Shown here: positions 35,114-46,459 of the stretch, piece by piece | How the letters are laid out: each line of letters opens with the position of its first letter | Numbering within the stretch: position 1 is the stretch's first letter | Assembly (NCBI GenBank): GCA_965217845.1 | Contig: OZ244573.1 | Span: 1,912,610 to 1,976,609 of the forward strand | Source of the DNA: Chloroflexota bacterium | GTDB taxonomy: Bacteria; Chloroflexota; UBA11872; VXNJ01 | DNA length: 64,000 nt | Direction: 5' to 3' | Notes under the pieces: model-generated | Database searches by the model: none | What the model was told of the DNA's origin: nothing | Seen by the model: only the letters and a program-made list of their open reading frames with translations | Made by a program: the position numbers and the translations under genes

Positions 35114-36514
35114 TTGCGCATCCCGCGGAGCGCGCGAAACTCACCCATGGCCACCGCATTCGCCACCCCACCCCGAGCGCCGCCGGCTGACAGCGGCGGT
35201 CGGCACCGTTTCTACATTTGGACCTCCGGGTGCCAGATGAACAAGGACGACTCGGAGCGCATCGCGCGCGCGCTGGTTGCCGCCGGCCACGTTCCGGTGT
35301 CGCACCCCGACCGGGCATCGTTCGTGATCCTGAACGGCTGCAGCGTCCGCGACAATTCCGATCGCAAGACCTTCGGCCGGATCGGCGCCCTGGGGGCCCG
35401 CAAGCGTCGTGACCCGACCCTGCAGGTGGCGCTGACCGGCTGCACCGCCCGGGCCACGCCGGAGGAATTGGCCCCGCACCAGTCCAAATTGGACCTGATA
35501 TTCGACAACACCCGCGTCGACCGGCTGCTCGAACACATGGCCGCGCAACCGGGCCCGGTCGTGGACGACTGGGAGGATTTCTCACCCCAGATCCTGCCCG
35601 GATACGGCAGCCCGACCCGTTATGTGACCATCATCTACGGGTGCTCCAAACGCTGCACCTTTTGCATCGTGCCGTTCCGTCGCGGCGGCGAACGCAGCCG
35701 CGCGCCGGAAGAGATCGAGGCCGAGATGCTGGCCAAGGCCGGCGAAGGCGCGGTCGAGATAACTCTCCTGGGACAGATCGTCAATCGCTACGGGCGCGAT
35801 CGAGACGGCGGCCCCGATCTGGCCGGATTGCTGCGACGCCTGGATCGGCGCGCGATCGTGCCGCGCATCAGATTCCTGACCGCGCATCCGCGGCACTTCG
35901 ACCTGGCCGTGGCCGAGGCGATGGCCGATTGTGAATCGGTGCTTGAAGAGATCAACCTTCCCGTGCAATCGGGCAACGACGAGGTCCTGCGCAGAATGGG
36001 CCGCGGTTACAACCGCGCCTGGTACCAGGAAATGATTCGGATGCTGCGCGAGACCGTGCCTGGGGTGGCGATCTCAACCGACGTGATCGTCGGATTTCCA
36101 GGAGAAACCGAGGAGCAGTTCCAGTCGACTCTGCAACTGCTGGCCGAGGTTCGTTTCGACGTGGTGCACATCGCCGCCTTCTCGCCGCGGATCGGCACCG
36201 TCGCCCATCGCTGGGGGGATGACATCGATCCCGCGGTCAAGCTGGAGCGCTTGCATCGCTGTGAAGAACTGCAGCGCGAATTGGGCGAATCGATCAACCG
36301 CGCTTTGGTGGGAAGTTCGCAGGAAGTGTTGGTGGAAGGACTCCAACCAGCCCGGGCGATCGGCAGCGGTCCCCGCTGGATGGGTCGCACGCGCACCAAC
36401 AAGCTAGTGTTCGCGCCGGGTGATGCCCCGCTGGCGCCGGGCCAAATCGTCGACATGCGCATCTCTGACGCTACCGCCTGGTCGCTGCGGGGGGCACCGG
36501 TCACCACAGCCTGA
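35114..36514 (+). CDS. miaB: tRNA-2-methylthio-N6-dimethylallyladenosine synthase
   Basis: 466 aa. FYIWTSGCQMN MTTase N-domain, radical SAM CSKRCTFC and C-terminal TRAM. The true start may be a downstream Met. Confidence 0.9.
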   Translation: MRIPRSARNSPMATAFATPPRAPPADSGGRHRFYIWTSGCQMNKDDSERIARALVAAGHVPVSHPDRASFVILNGCSVRDNSDRKTFGRIGALGARKRRDPTLQVALTGCTARATPEELAPHQSKLDLIFDNTRVDRLLEHMAAQPGPVVDDWEDFSPQILPGYGSPTRYVTIIYGCSKRCTFCIVPFRRGGERSRAPEEIEAEMLAKAGEGAVEITLLGQIVNRYGRDRDGGPDLAGLLRRLDRRAIVPRIRFLTAHPRHFDLAVAEAMADCESVLEEINLPVQSGNDEVLRRMGRGYNRAWYQEMIRMLRETVPGVAISTDVIVGFPGETEEQFQSTLQLLAEVRFDVVHIAAFSPRIGTVAHRWGDDIDPAVKLERLHRCEELQRELGESINRALVGSSQEVLVEGLQPARAIGSGPRWMGRTRTNKLVFAPGDAPLAPGQIVDMRISDATAWSLRGAPVTTA

Positions 36515-36520
36515 TCGGCG

Positions 36521-38317
36521 ATGCCGAGGTCGCAGCTTGGCCGACGCCGGGTCCTGTTCGCGGGCGCGACGCTGCTCTTGGCCGCCTGTGGGCCCGAACC
36601 GTTGGGGACCCCAGCGCCGGCCTTGGTGCGGCCCTACTGGCGGCCGGCTCTGGAGGGGGCCGCCGCCGCGATCGAGGTCACGCGGCACTTGGAGGGCAAT
36701 ACGCGTTCGTTCGCCGCCGGGCTGATATCGCTTCGGCAGTACGCGCTGGCAATGGGACGCTACGGGTCCGAAATTGGCGACATCGGCCGCTCGCTGGCCC
36801 AGCTCGAGCCTCCTGCAGCTGCCCGCAACGCCCACCAACACCTGCTGGAATCGGCCGATGCGCTAACTGATGTGGCGGCCAAAATGAACACCTACCTGCG
36901 CGAGGAGGATCTGCGCCAGGTAGTTGCGGCAGTGGAGGACCTGCGGCGGGCGCGCGACAAACTCGGCGGTTTTGTGGCCGCCATCGCCGACCCGGGATCG
37001 CGCGCGGCGATGGAGCAGCAGCTACGGGTGCTGGGCGAAATCGAATTCCGCCCCACCACGGTCAATCGGTTTGCGGTTCTGGTCGGGGAGTTTTCATCGG
37101 CGGTGGAGGCCGGCGCGCGCCTAGGTCGCTACGACCCCGACGCCGAGCTGTCCGCGCGCTACCAAGGCTGGGCGGAGGTGGGAAGGTTCGCCGGCGCCGC
37201 CGATGCCCTGGAGGCCGCGACCCAGTGGGACGGACGCGGATTCAGAGCGCGGATAGAACTGGCTCCCGATGTCGAGATCGACGTTACCGTCACGACCCCA
37301 GCCCTGGCCCACCGAGACTGGCGCGAATTGATCTGGTTCCACGATCTGCCGTTCGATCCGGTCGCCGTAGCCGCCGCCGCCGACGCCTCGGTAATGGCCG
37401 CGATTTCGCGCGCCGGCCAGGTTGCATTGGTCGGTGGTGACGGTTCGCCGCGCTGGGAGCGGGACCTGAATTTCCCGGCCGACGGGATCGCGATAAACCG
37501 GGACGGCTCCCTGACCGCCGGCTTCGGTTTCTTCGTGGCGCCACTGGACCGTGGGGGCGAACCGCTTTGGGCTCATGTCAAGGACCAAGCAGACAACCAA
37601 CTGATCGAGCAAATTGATTTCACCGCCGGCGACCTGGTGCTGGCACGGTCGGTCAACAACCGCGGCGAGGGTGGGGCCTTTATCCACCGCGCCGATGGAC
37701 GCAAGTGGCGTCTTGACGCCGGTCCCCATAGCAGCGGCATCGGTTCGGCGCGAATCAATTTCGACGGCACCGTGCTGGCGGTCGCCACCGGCGGCGAGGC
37801 GCTAGAGCCGATGGTTTCCATCTACGAGCTGCGCGACCAGGTTACCTTTCTGCGCACGAGCTTCGGTGGCGACGAGCCCATCGGCGGCCTGGCCTTGAGC
37901 GGCGACGGCACCCGGGTAGTGCTGGCGACCGGAATCGGTCTCGAGGTTCGGTCCGCCAGCGACGGCCGCTTGCTACACCGGGTGCCGATGGAGATCATCA
38001 ACTTGCAGCCGGACCCGCTGGGGCGCTTCGTCTACGTCACGACCCCGGCCGCACTCCGCGCGGTCGGAATGGACGGTCGCGTGATCTGGCAGAACCCCAA
38101 CTTTGCGCCGCGGCGATTCGTGGTTTCCAACAACTACCTTGCGGCAGTGACCGAGACTTCCACGATCAGCATTCTTTCGGCCACGGGTTCGCACCTAGGT
38201 GACGCAACCACGTTGGCGCCGGTCCGTGCTCTCGCCATGGCGCGGGAAGCGGATATCCTTATCGCGGCCAGCGCTGAACAGCGGCTGCAGGCCTGGCAAT
38301 TGCCTTCTCCCGAATGA
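36521..38317 (+). CDS. Tat-signal lipoprotein with helical N-domain and C-terminal beta-propeller (PQQ/WD-like), unknown function
   Basis: 598 aa. RRRVLFAGATLLLAAC twin-arginine + lipobox. The C-terminal half has repeated Gly/Asp-rich blade-like segments. Starts 7 nt after the miaB stop. Confidence 0.6.
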   Translation: MPRSQLGRRRVLFAGATLLLAACGPEPLGTPAPALVRPYWRPALEGAAAAIEVTRHLEGNTRSFAAGLISLRQYALAMGRYGSEIGDIGRSLAQLEPPAAARNAHQHLLESADALTDVAAKMNTYLREEDLRQVVAAVEDLRRARDKLGGFVAAIADPGSRAAMEQQLRVLGEIEFRPTTVNRFAVLVGEFSSAVEAGARLGRYDPDAELSARYQGWAEVGRFAGAADALEAATQWDGRGFRARIELAPDVEIDVTVTTPALAHRDWRELIWFHDLPFDPVAVAAAADASVMAAISRAGQVALVGGDGSPRWERDLNFPADGIAINRDGSLTAGFGFFVAPLDRGGEPLWAHVKDQADNQLIEQIDFTAGDLVLARSVNNRGEGGAFIHRADGRKWRLDAGPHSSGIGSARINFDGTVLAVATGGEALEPMVSIYELRDQVTFLRTSFGGDEPIGGLALSGDGTRVVLATGIGLEVRSASDGRLLHRVPMEIINLQPDPLGRFVYVTTPAALRAVGMDGRVIWQNPNFAPRRFVVSNNYLAAVTETSTISILSATGSHLGDATTLAPVRALAMAREADILIAASAEQRLQAWQLPSPE

Positions 38318-38380
38318 GGCCCGGCCACGCCGCGAGAGCGGACCCGGGTCCGCGACTGCGTTAAGAGGTAAAGCACCGGA

Positions 38381-39568
38381 ATGAAGATCTCTCCACTGAA
38401 GCCAACCGACGAAAGCGCGGCGCTGGAGCTGATGAGCGCCTGCTTCGCCGGTGAGCCAACCGAATATTTCACGAGCTATCACCGGCTGCTGGCGCAGGGT
38501 CGCCCCGAGGTCCAGCTTGTCGCCGAAATCGACGGCCGCCTGGTCGGCTATCTCGAATGCCAGTGGCGGGAGCATTACTTCGGCGACCAAACCTTGCCGG
38601 CGGCCAACATCGGGGCCCTGTGTACGCACCCCGACTTTCGGCGGCGGGGAGTCGCCCGGGGCCTGCTTGAGGCCGCCCTGGCCATGATCGATCCCGAGCG
38701 CCATCCCGTAACCGGTCTACACGCATCGGTGCCGGAGCTGTTCGCCGAGCACGGTTTCAGCCCGGTCGCGCATGCTCAGCTGGTCGCCAAGCTGCCCGAC
38801 CGTGAGACCGTTCCATCCCGGGGGACTTCCTTTGAACCGGTCACGGCAGAAGATTTCGACGAGCTATTCGATCTCTATCGGCGCGAAAACCGGCAGCTCC
38901 TGGGGCCCATCGTCAGATCACGGCGCTACTTTAACGGTCAGCACGCCTGGATGTCGCAGCTACCACGCGAACTGCATTGGGAAACAATGCGCCAGGTCGG
39001 CCGCTCGGTCGGCTATCTCCGCTACCAGGTCGACCTCGACCACCTGGAGGTGCTCGAGGTCGTCGCCAGCGGCCGCGAACGCGGCGGAGCGGCGGCGGCG
39101 CGCCTGCTCCAGGTGGCCCGCGCCGCCGGCGTGGAGCGAATCGATGGGCGGATTTCGCCGCGGGCACCATTCGTGAGCGCACTCGCGCGATTGACTGAAA
39201 TCGAAATCCGGCAGCAGGCCGGCTTGATGTTCCGCATCAATGACCTGGACGGATTGCTGGCCGCGATCGGGGCCCATATTTCCGCGCGCCGCCGGGCCAT
39301 CGCGGTCCCCGCCGCGGCGGTGAATCTAGACATCGCCGGCCAGGTTCGCTCGCTCAGCTTTCCACCGGCCCAGGCGGTATTTGGCCCGCCGATCGACGGC
39401 GTTCCGAAGATCGCCCTGACCCACGGCCAGTTCCTGGCGCTGGTCTTTGGCTGCGAGGGCGGCGGCAGCGCGCTGCAGAGCGCTGACCTGCGCATCGACA
39501 CCAGAACGCAGTTGGCAACTGCCTTTCCCGAGGACGGTTGGGTCCTTTGGCAAGCCGACCACTATTGA
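38381..39568 (+). CDS. Eis-like GNAT N-acetyltransferase (GNAT + second GNAT-like + SCP2-like C-terminal architecture)
   Basis: 395 aa. GNAT acetyl-CoA motif ALCTHPDFRRRGVARGLLEAAL. Length and domain order resemble the mycobacterial Eis family. Confidence 0.7.
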   Translation: MKISPLKPTDESAALELMSACFAGEPTEYFTSYHRLLAQGRPEVQLVAEIDGRLVGYLECQWREHYFGDQTLPAANIGALCTHPDFRRRGVARGLLEAALAMIDPERHPVTGLHASVPELFAEHGFSPVAHAQLVAKLPDRETVPSRGTSFEPVTAEDFDELFDLYRRENRQLLGPIVRSRRYFNGQHAWMSQLPRELHWETMRQVGRSVGYLRYQVDLDHLEVLEVVASGRERGGAAAARLLQVARAAGVERIDGRISPRAPFVSALARLTEIEIRQQAGLMFRINDLDGLLAAIGAHISARRRAIAVPAAAVNLDIAGQVRSLSFPPAQAVFGPPIDGVPKIALTHGQFLALVFGCEGGGSALQSADLRIDTRTQLATAFPEDGWVLWQADHY

Positions 39569-39636
39569 TCCGATACGGGCATAGAATTTTTTCGCGATAC
39601 GCGCGAACCTAAATCCCAGCACGCAAGGTTGGAATC

Positions 39637-40089
39637 ATGCCCCTTAACGTCGGCGACCTGGCCCCAGATTTCGAGCTCCTGAACGGCGCCGCCGATACGG
39701 TCCGTTTATCGGACTTTAGGGGTCAAAAGGTGATCGTCGTCTTCTACCCGCTGGCGTTCTCGGGGACCTGCCAGAACGAGCTCACCGACTACAACGCCAA
39801 GTCCGATCGGATCAAAGCCGCCGGGGCCAAGGTCCTGGGAATTTCGATCGACAGCTTTTTTGCCGTCAAAGCCTTTTCCGAAGCGATCGATCTTGACGAT
39901 TCGATCACGCTCCTGTCGGACTTTCCCAACCATTCCGCCGGCGAGTCCTACGGCGCCTACAACAGCGATACCGGATTCAATGAACGCCTGACGGTGGTCG
40001 TGGACGAAGAAGGTCGGATCGTCTACAAGGTCCACAACCCGGCCCCCGACCGCCGCGACGAAGAAGAGGCGCTGGCCGCACTCGGCTAG
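39637..40089 (+). CDS. AhpE-like 1-Cys peroxiredoxin (AhpC/TSA family)
   Basis: 150 aa. MPLNVGDLAPDFEL...VVFYPLAFSGTCQNEL aligns closely to AhpE. Confidence 0.85.
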   Translation: MPLNVGDLAPDFELLNGAADTVRLSDFRGQKVIVVFYPLAFSGTCQNELTDYNAKSDRIKAAGAKVLGISIDSFFAVKAFSEAIDLDDSITLLSDFPNHSAGESYGAYNSDTGFNERLTVVVDEEGRIVYKVHNPAPDRRDEEEALAALG

Positions 40090-40117
40090 CCCCGGACGCA
40101 GGGCACGCGGCGGCGGT

Positions 40118-42592
40118 CTAGACCGCCGCCCCCACCTTTTCCCGGGTCGAGTACTTGAACCGGCCGTCCGCGGCGTCGACCAACAGGTCCTGACCCCGGC
40201 TTAACTCGCCCGCGAGCAGCATCTTGGCGGCCGGATTTTCGATCCGGCGGCGAATGGTGCGAGCCAACGGCCGCGCTCCGTATTCGGGGTCCCAGCCTTC
40301 CTTCAGCAGCAGTTCGCGCGCCGTCGTCGAAATCTCGAGTTCCACTCCCTGGGCAACCAGGCGGTCGCGCAGGTCCCCGAGTTGCACTTCGATAACCGAG
40401 CCGACCTCGGCGCGGGTGAGCGAGCGGAAGATGATCACTTCATCGATGCGGTTTAAGAACTCGGGCGGGAAGTGCCGTCGCAGGCGCCCCAGCAACGAAG
40501 TGCGCACCTCGGCATGGTCCAGGCTCTCACCGTCCAACTCGGTACCGAACCCGACCCGATCACGGCGGACCAATTCGGCCACCCCTACGTTGGACGTCAT
40601 GATCAGGATCGTATTGCGGAAATCTACGGTGTGGCCCTGCCCGTCGGTCAGGCGTCCGGCGTCCAGCACTTGCAGCAAGATATTGATCACCTCGGGATGG
40701 GCTTTTTCGATCTCATCGAAGAGCACCACCTGGTACGGCCGCCGACGCACCGTTTCGGAAAGCTGTCCGCCCTCGCCGTAACCCACGTACCCGGGCGGGG
40801 CCCCAATCAGGCGCGATACGGTATGGCGTTCGCCGTATTCGGTCATGTCGACCCGAATCATGGCGTCCGGATCATCGAACATGAACTGCGCCAGCTGCCG
40901 CGCCAATTCGGTCTTGCCGACCCCGGTGGGCCCCAGAAATATGAATGACCCCATCGGCCGGTTCGGATCCGAAAGCCCGGAGCGCGAGCGGCGCAGGGCG
41001 TCGGCGACCGCGGTGACGGCCTCGTCCTGCCCGATCAGGCGGCGATGGATTTCCTCTTCGATCCGCAGCAGCTTGTCCATTTCGCCTTCCAGCATTGCTG
41101 CCACCGGAACTCCTGTCGATTCCGATACGACCGCGGCGATGTCATCGGCTTCCACCGTTTCGGAGATGTTCTGCTCATTAAGCCAGTGCCCGCGCTTATC
41201 GGTCAGTTCGTCGCGCAGCCGGATGGATTCGGACTTGTAGTTGGCGGCCGCTTCATATTCGCGGTTCTGCCAGGCATCCTCCTCCAGCTCCTCGAGCTCG
41301 CGCAAGCGCGAATCGATTACGTGCAGATCTTCCGGCATGTTGAAGATCTGCAGGCGCAGCTTCGCCGCCGCCTCGTCCATCAGATCAATCGCCTTGTCGG
41401 GCAGGAACCGGTCCGAAATGTAGCGGTTTGAGAGTCGTGCCGCTTGATCCAGGGCGCCATCGGAAATCTTGAGCCGGTGATGCGATTCGTATTTGGGGCG
41501 CAGTCCGCGCAGGATTTGGATCGTTCCATCGACGTCGGGCTGATCCACAAAAACCTGCTGGAAGCGCCGCGCCAGGGCCTTGTCGCGTTCGATATGGCGG
41601 CGGAATTCGTCCAGCGTGGTGGCACCCACGGCCTGCAGTTCACCGCGCGACAGGGCCGGCTTGAGCAGATTGGCGGCGTCAATTGCGCCTTCGGCCGATC
41701 CTGCCCCGACAACGTTGTGCAGCTCGTCGATGAACAGGATGATGTTGCCGCGCGAACTGATGACCTCTTCGATCACGGATTTGAGTCGGTCCTCGAATTC
41801 ACCCCTGAATTTCGAGCCCGCCAGCATCTGGCCGATGTCAAGCGCGAGCACGCGCCGGCTGGCCAGCAGCTCGGGCACATGTCCGTCGACGATGCGTTGC
41901 GCTAGGCCTTCAACGATCGCGGTCTTGCCCACCCCGGGCTCCCCGATCAATACCGGATTGTTCTTGGTCCGGCGTGAGAGGATGCGCATCACGCGGTCGA
42001 TTTCGACTTCGCGACCGACCACCGGGTCGATCTGCTGCCGGCGCGCCAGCGCGGTCAAGTCGGTGCTGTAGCGGTCGAGTGCCCCGTAGCGAGACTCGGC
42101 GGTTTTGGAAGAGGCGTCCTGCGATCCGCGGATTTCGCGGAGGGCGGCCAGGACTTTTTGGCGGTTTGCCCCCAGTTCAATCAGGATCTTTGAAGCCTCG
42201 GCGTCGCGCAGCGCCAGGATTGCAAGGAACAGATGTTCGGTCGAAATGTAACTATCGCGCAGACTGTCAGCCTCCGCGGCGGCGCGATCGAGCAGCTGCT
42301 TGGCGCGCGGCGTGATGAATATCTGTTCAACCGCCGATTCGGAACGGCGTTCAGGAGATGCAACCTTGGGTTTGCGGTCCAAGACTCCATTCACGCGCGA
42401 GCGCACGAAATCGGGGTTGATCCGCATCCGCTGCAGGATCCGCACCGCCGAAGAATCGCGCGTCTCGATCAGGGACAGCAGGATGTGCTCGGCATCGAGC
42501 TGGTTGTGGCCCAGGTCGCTCATGATCCGGTTGGCGCCCACGATCACCTCCTGGGCTTTTTCGGTGAGGCGACCAAAACCCGCATCAGACAT
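40118..42592 (-). CDS. clpB: ATP-dependent chaperone ClpB
   Basis: 824 aa. Two AAA+ modules ([15 protein letters not shown]; [15 protein letters not shown]), Clp N-domain and a middle coiled-coil. Confidence 0.95.
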   Translation of the reverse strand: MSDAGFGRLTEKAQEVIVGANRIMSDLGHNQLDAEHILLSLIETRDSSAVRILQRMRINPDFVRSRVNGVLDRKPKVASPERRSESAVEQIFITPRAKQLLDRAAAEADSLRDSYISTEHLFLAILALRDAEASKILIELGANRQKVLAALREIRGSQDASSKTAESRYGALDRYSTDLTALARRQQIDPVVGREVEIDRVMRILSRRTKNNPVLIGEPGVGKTAIVEGLAQRIVDGHVPELLASRRVLALDIGQMLAGSKFRGEFEDRLKSVIEEVISSRGNIILFIDELHNVVGAGSAEGAIDAANLLKPALSRGELQAVGATTLDEFRRHIERDKALARRFQQVFVDQPDVDGTIQILRGLRPKYESHHRLKISDGALDQAARLSNRYISDRFLPDKAIDLMDEAAAKLRLQIFNMPEDLHVIDSRLRELEELEEDAWQNREYEAAANYKSESIRLRDELTDKRGHWLNEQNISETVEADDIAAVVSESTGVPVAAMLEGEMDKLLRIEEEIHRRLIGQDEAVTAVADALRRSRSGLSDPNRPMGSFIFLGPTGVGKTELARQLAQFMFDDPDAMIRVDMTEYGERHTVSRLIGAPPGYVGYGEGGQLSETVRRRPYQVVLFDEIEKAHPEVINILLQVLDAGRLTDGQGHTVDFRNTILIMTSNVGVAELVRRDRVGFGTELDGESLDHAEVRTSLLGRLRRHFPPEFLNRIDEVIIFRSLTRAEVGSVIEVQLGDLRDRLVAQGVELEISTTARELLLKEGWDPEYGARPLARTIRRRIENPAAKMLLAGELSRGQDLLVDAADGRFKYSTREKVGAAV

Positions 42593-42648
42593 CTGTTACT
42601 TCCTGTTGGCTTTTCTTGGTCGGGTATGGATTCGGCGTTGCCGACCGC

Positions 42649-43050
42649 CTACTGGGTGGCACGCCGCAAGATGCGCTTGAGTCGCGCAATTTCGTTGTGC
42701 AGTTGATTTAGCTCGCGCCGGTGGGCCAGAGCCTGTTCGTCCAGCTCGATCTGGTGACGACGCCGCATTTCCTTGACGCGGTCGTGCAGGTCGAGGATGA
42801 TTTCCACTCCGGAAAGATTGGCGCCCTCGTCCTGGGTCAATTCGCGGATGCGACGCACGCGCTGCACATCCCGCAGCGAGTACATCCGCACCGACCCGTC
42901 GGACCGGATCGGGTTCACCAGACCCATGCGTTCGTAGTGCCGCAGGGTCTGCGGATGGGTACCGGTCATCTTGGCCACCACGCCGATGAAGAACCCCTTG
43001 ATGTCGTCGTCGTCACGCGGCGGGCGCGGGCCGCGGCGCTCATCTGCCAT
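42649..43050 (-). CDS. hspR: heat-shock transcriptional repressor HspR (MerR family)
   Basis: Internal Met of track ORF. MerR-type HTH (GFFIGVVAKMTGTHPQTLRHYERMGLV) followed by a coiled-coil. Sits directly after dnaJ, as in dnaK-grpE-dnaJ-hspR operons. Confidence 0.85.
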   Translation of the reverse strand: MADERRGPRPPRDDDDIKGFFIGVVAKMTGTHPQTLRHYERMGLVNPIRSDGSVRMYSLRDVQRVRRIRELTQDEGANLSGVEIILDLHDRVKEMRRRHQIELDEQALAHRRELNQLHNEIARLKRILRRATQ

Positions 43051-43969
43051 TGGTTGCCTCCAATGCCTCACCCCGCAGCTTGGCCAGCTCCTGGACCAGG
43101 CTGCGTTGTTCTTCATCAAGCCCCTTGGGCGTAGGCACATTTACCTTCACAAACAGGTCTCCGCGTTCACTCTTGCCCATCTGTGGAAGACCTTTGCCGC
43201 GCAGGCGCAGGCGCGCCCCCTGGGAGACTTCGGCGGGCACTCGAACGCGCAGTTTTTCGCCATTTAGGGTCGAAACGACCGCGCGCGTACCAAGCGCCGC
43301 CTCGGTCATGGGGATCGAGATATCGGTTTCCAAATCCACCCCGTTGCGGCGCATGCTGGGATGGTCCAGGACCCTGACTTTCAGGAATAGGTCGCCGCGC
43401 GTTCCATCCGGCCGCACGCCGCCTTCGCCGGCCAGGCGGATGCGCGCTCCGGGACGCACCCCGGGCGGAATCTTGACCCGCAACCGGCGGTTGGCGTTGC
43501 CGCCGGTCCCGTCGGGGGCACGGACCGAGATCATCCGTACCGACCCGTTGAGCACCTCTTCCAAGGTCACGTCAACTTCATGGGCCACGTTAGCGGTGCG
43601 GGCCCCGGATGCCGGCCGGGGCTGCCGCGCGGAGCCGCCGTAGCTTCCAAAGAGCTGTTCAAAGAAATCTGAGAACCCGGCTCCGCCCATGGGGCCCTGG
43701 CCGCCGAAACCGGCCTGGCGCATTGCCGCTTCAAAGGAGCCGTGCTGTCGGTAGGCGGAGCCGAAACGGTCGTAGCGGGCTTTTTTTTCGGGGTCGGATA
43801 GAACCTGGTGGGCCTCGTTGATTTCCTTAAAGCGCGATTCGGCCTTGGGGTCGCCGGGATTGGCGTCCGGGTGGTACTTGCGCGCCAGGCGACGGTAGGC
43901 ACGTTTGATCGCATCGGCGTCGGCCGAGCGATCCAACTCCAATACCTGGTAGTAGTCCTTATAGTCCAC
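43040..43969 (-). CDS. dnaJ: DnaJ-like co-chaperone lacking the zinc-finger domain (type II / CbpA-like)
   Basis: 309 aa. J-domain (DYYQVLELDRSA...YHPDAN), G/F region and C-terminal substrate-binding domains. No CxxCxGxG repeats. Confidence 0.85.
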   Translation of the reverse strand: MDYKDYYQVLELDRSADADAIKRAYRRLARKYHPDANPGDPKAESRFKEINEAHQVLSDPEKKARYDRFGSAYRQHGSFEAAMRQAGFGGQGPMGGAGFSDFFEQLFGSYGGSARQPRPASGARTANVAHEVDVTLEEVLNGSVRMISVRAPDGTGGNANRRLRVKIPPGVRPGARIRLAGEGGVRPDGTRGDLFLKVRVLDHPSMRRNGVDLETDISIPMTEAALGTRAVVSTLNGEKLRVRVPAEVSQGARLRLRGKGLPQMGKSERGDLFVKVNVPTPKGLDEEQRSLVQELAKLRGEALEATNGR

Positions 43970-43971
43970 AG

Positions 43972-44466
43972 CTATTCGGGACCTTCACGGGGCGGTCCGG
44001 CCACCCGCACCTGGGCCGGTCGCAGGACAACTGCATCGGCCTGATAACCGGTCTGCACGACGGCCACTATCTGGCCCTCGGAAAACTTGTCGGTAGGCAC
44101 GCATTCGACCACCTCGTGCAATCGCGGATCGAACTGCCCCGTAGCCGGGACGGCTTCGAGGCCGACCCTCGCGAGGGTCGCCAGCAGCTGGGTCCGAACC
44201 ATCCCGACGCCGATGGCAAATTGGTCCTCGGGATCGGCGGCCGCCAACAGCGCCCGCTCGAGGTTGTCCAGAACCGGCAGCAGGTCCGCGAGCAGATCCT
44301 GGCGAGCGATCGCAATTGCCTCCTGTCGACGCCGCTCGGATCGACGGCGCAGGTTTTCCAGGTCCGCCTGCAGGCGCAGAATCTGCGCCGAAAGTTCCTC
44401 GGTCGCGGGCCCTTCGCCGGACTGCTCCGGCGAAGGGTTGACCAGCGATTCGGAGGCCACCGTCAA
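43972..44466 (-). CDS. grpE: nucleotide exchange factor GrpE (copy 2)
   Basis: 164 aa. [15 protein letters not shown] coiled-coil and GrpE C-terminal domain. Confidence 0.9.
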   Translation of the reverse strand: MTVASESLVNPSPEQSGEGPATEELSAQILRLQADLENLRRRSERRRQEAIAIARQDLLADLLPVLDNLERALLAAADPEDQFAIGVGMVRTQLLATLARVGLEAVPATGQFDPRLHEVVECVPTDKFSEGQIVAVVQTGYQADAVVLRPAQVRVAGPPREGPE

Positions 44467-46373
44467 CGGCCGTCCTCGTCGGCGGCCGAAAACTCAGCGT
44501 CAACGACATCATCGGCGTCGGCGCTATCGGCGCCAGCTTCTTCCGGATCCTCCTGGCCGTTGGCCCCGGTCTGGTAAACGCGTTGACCGATCTCCAACTG
44601 GCGGCGGCTCAGATCCTCGGTCTGCCGGCGCAAATCGGCCAGATCGGGTCGGTCCTGTTCCAGCAGCGACCGCAGCTCCTTGACCTGGCCTTCAATCTCG
44701 GTTTTTTCGTCGTCCGAGAGCTGGCCGCTGTGCTCGTTGACAAGGCGTTCAACCTGGTAGGCGACAGCATCGGCCTGGTTGCGCAGGTCGGCCAATTCGC
44801 GACGGTCGCGGTCCTCATTGGCGTGGCGCTCGGCATCCTTGACCAGGGCGTCAACCTGGTCCCGGTCGAGATTGGTCGAGGCCGTGATCGTGATCTTCTG
44901 TTCCTTGCCGGTACCGGTGTCCTTGGCCTTTACATTCACGATCCCGTTCACGTCGATATCGAAGGTGACCTCGATCTGCGGGACCCCGCGCGGCGCGGGC
45001 GGTATTCCCTCGAGCCGGAACCGACCGAGGGTCATGTTGTCAGCCGCCATCGCGCGCTCGCCTTGCAGGATGTGGATGTCGACCGCGGTCTGACCGTCCT
45101 CGGCGGTCGAGAAGATCTCGGTTTTAGAAGTTGGAATGGTGGTATTGCGCTCGATCAAGGTGGTCTTCACCGATCCGAGGGTCTCAAGTCCCAGCGACAG
45201 CGGGGTCACGTCGAGCAGGACCACGTCGCGGACCTCACCGGTGATGATGCCGGCCTGAATGGCGGCCCCGATCGCCACCACCTCATCGGGGTTTACGGAT
45301 CGGTTTGGCTCCTTGCCGGTCAGCTCCTTGACCAGGTTCTGCACCGCCGGCATGCGCGTGGATCCGCCAACCATGACCACCTCGTCGACCTGCTCGGGAG
45401 TGATCCCGGCGTCGCGCAGGACCTTGCGGAACGGGTCAACCATCCGGCGGTTCAGGTCGTCGACCAGCTCCTCGAAGCGCGAGCGGCGCAGCGTGATCGC
45501 AAGGTGTTTGGGCCCGGTTTGATCGGCGGTAATGAAGGGAAGATTGATTTCGGTCTGCGGCGTGGTTGAGAGTTCGACCTTGGCCTTTTCGGCAGCTTCC
45601 ACCAGTCGCTGCAGAGCCTGGGGATCGGACTTGAGGTCGATTCCCTGGTCGCGCTTGAATTCGTCCACCAGAAAAGCGACGATGCGCTGATCGTAGTCGT
45701 CGCCGCCGAGATGGGTGTCGCCGTTAGTGGCCTTGACTTCGAAAACGCCGTCACCCACCTCGAGCACGGAGACGTCGAAGGTCCCGCCGCCCAGGTCCCA
45801 GACCAGGATTGTCTCTGCGGATTTTTTCTCAAGCCCGTAGGCCAGCGAGGCCGCGGTCGGTTCGTTGATGATTCGCAGTACGTCCAATCCGGCAATCGTG
45901 CCGGCATTCTTGGTCGACTGGCGCTGCCCGTCGTTAAAGTACGCCGGAACCGTGAGAACCGCCTGTTTGACTTCCTCGCCCAGGTACTCCTCGGCGTCGG
46001 CCTTGAGCTTCTGCAGGACCATCGCCGAAATCTCTTCCGGAGTGACATCACTGTTGAGCTGCGGGATCCGGATGCGGGCCTCGCCGCCCTTGCCGTCGAC
46101 GATTTCGAAGGAAACCTGGCCGCGTTCGGAATCGACCTCATCGAAGCGGCGGCCGACGAACCGCTTGGCCGAATAAATGGTGTTAGCCGGGTTCAAAACA
46201 CTCTGGCGCCGGGCGAGCTGCCCGACCAGGCGCTCGCCATTTTTGGAATAGGCCACCACCGATGGTGTGGTCCTTGCGCCCTCAATGTTGGTAATGACGG
46301 TTGGCTGTCCGGCTTCCATGAAGGCGACCACCGAATTGGTGGTGCCCAGATCGATGCCGACTACTTTGGCCAT
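44463..46373 (-). CDS. dnaK: chaperone DnaK (Hsp70)
   Basis: 636 aa. [16 protein letters not shown], hinge and acidic C-terminus. Confidence 0.97.
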   Translation of the reverse strand: MAKVVGIDLGTTNSVVAFMEAGQPTVITNIEGARTTPSVVAYSKNGERLVGQLARRQSVLNPANTIYSAKRFVGRRFDEVDSERGQVSFEIVDGKGGEARIRIPQLNSDVTPEEISAMVLQKLKADAEEYLGEEVKQAVLTVPAYFNDGQRQSTKNAGTIAGLDVLRIINEPTAASLAYGLEKKSAETILVWDLGGGTFDVSVLEVGDGVFEVKATNGDTHLGGDDYDQRIVAFLVDEFKRDQGIDLKSDPQALQRLVEAAEKAKVELSTTPQTEINLPFITADQTGPKHLAITLRRSRFEELVDDLNRRMVDPFRKVLRDAGITPEQVDEVVMVGGSTRMPAVQNLVKELTGKEPNRSVNPDEVVAIGAAIQAGIITGEVRDVVLLDVTPLSLGLETLGSVKTTLIERNTTIPTSKTEIFSTAEDGQTAVDIHILQGERAMAADNMTLGRFRLEGIPPAPRGVPQIEVTFDIDVNGIVNVKAKDTGTGKEQKITITASTNLDRDQVDALVKDAERHANEDRDRRELADLRNQADAVAYQVERLVNEHSGQLSDDEKTEIEGQVKELRSLLEQDRPDLADLRRQTEDLSRRQLEIGQRVYQTGANGQEDPEEAGADSADADDVVDAEFSAADEDGR

Positions 46374-46459
46374 TGGTAATAAACCTTTCGGATGCGCCCC
46401 GGCGGTTTCAGCCGGCGGGGCGGGTTTTGGACTTGGAGATTTGGGTACATCAACCGGAA

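Noticed and set aside
42665-42700. HAIR-like half site CTTGAGT at about 42675
   Set aside because: It lies inside the hspR coding sequence. No ACTCAAG partner at N7 spacing. No canonical HAIR was found in any intergenic region of the heat-shock block.
46374-46459. GC-rich imperfect hairpin between lon and dnaK as a terminator
   Set aside because: The stem is imperfect and there is no T-tract. It may be a weak pause site, but the evidence is insufficient to call a feature.
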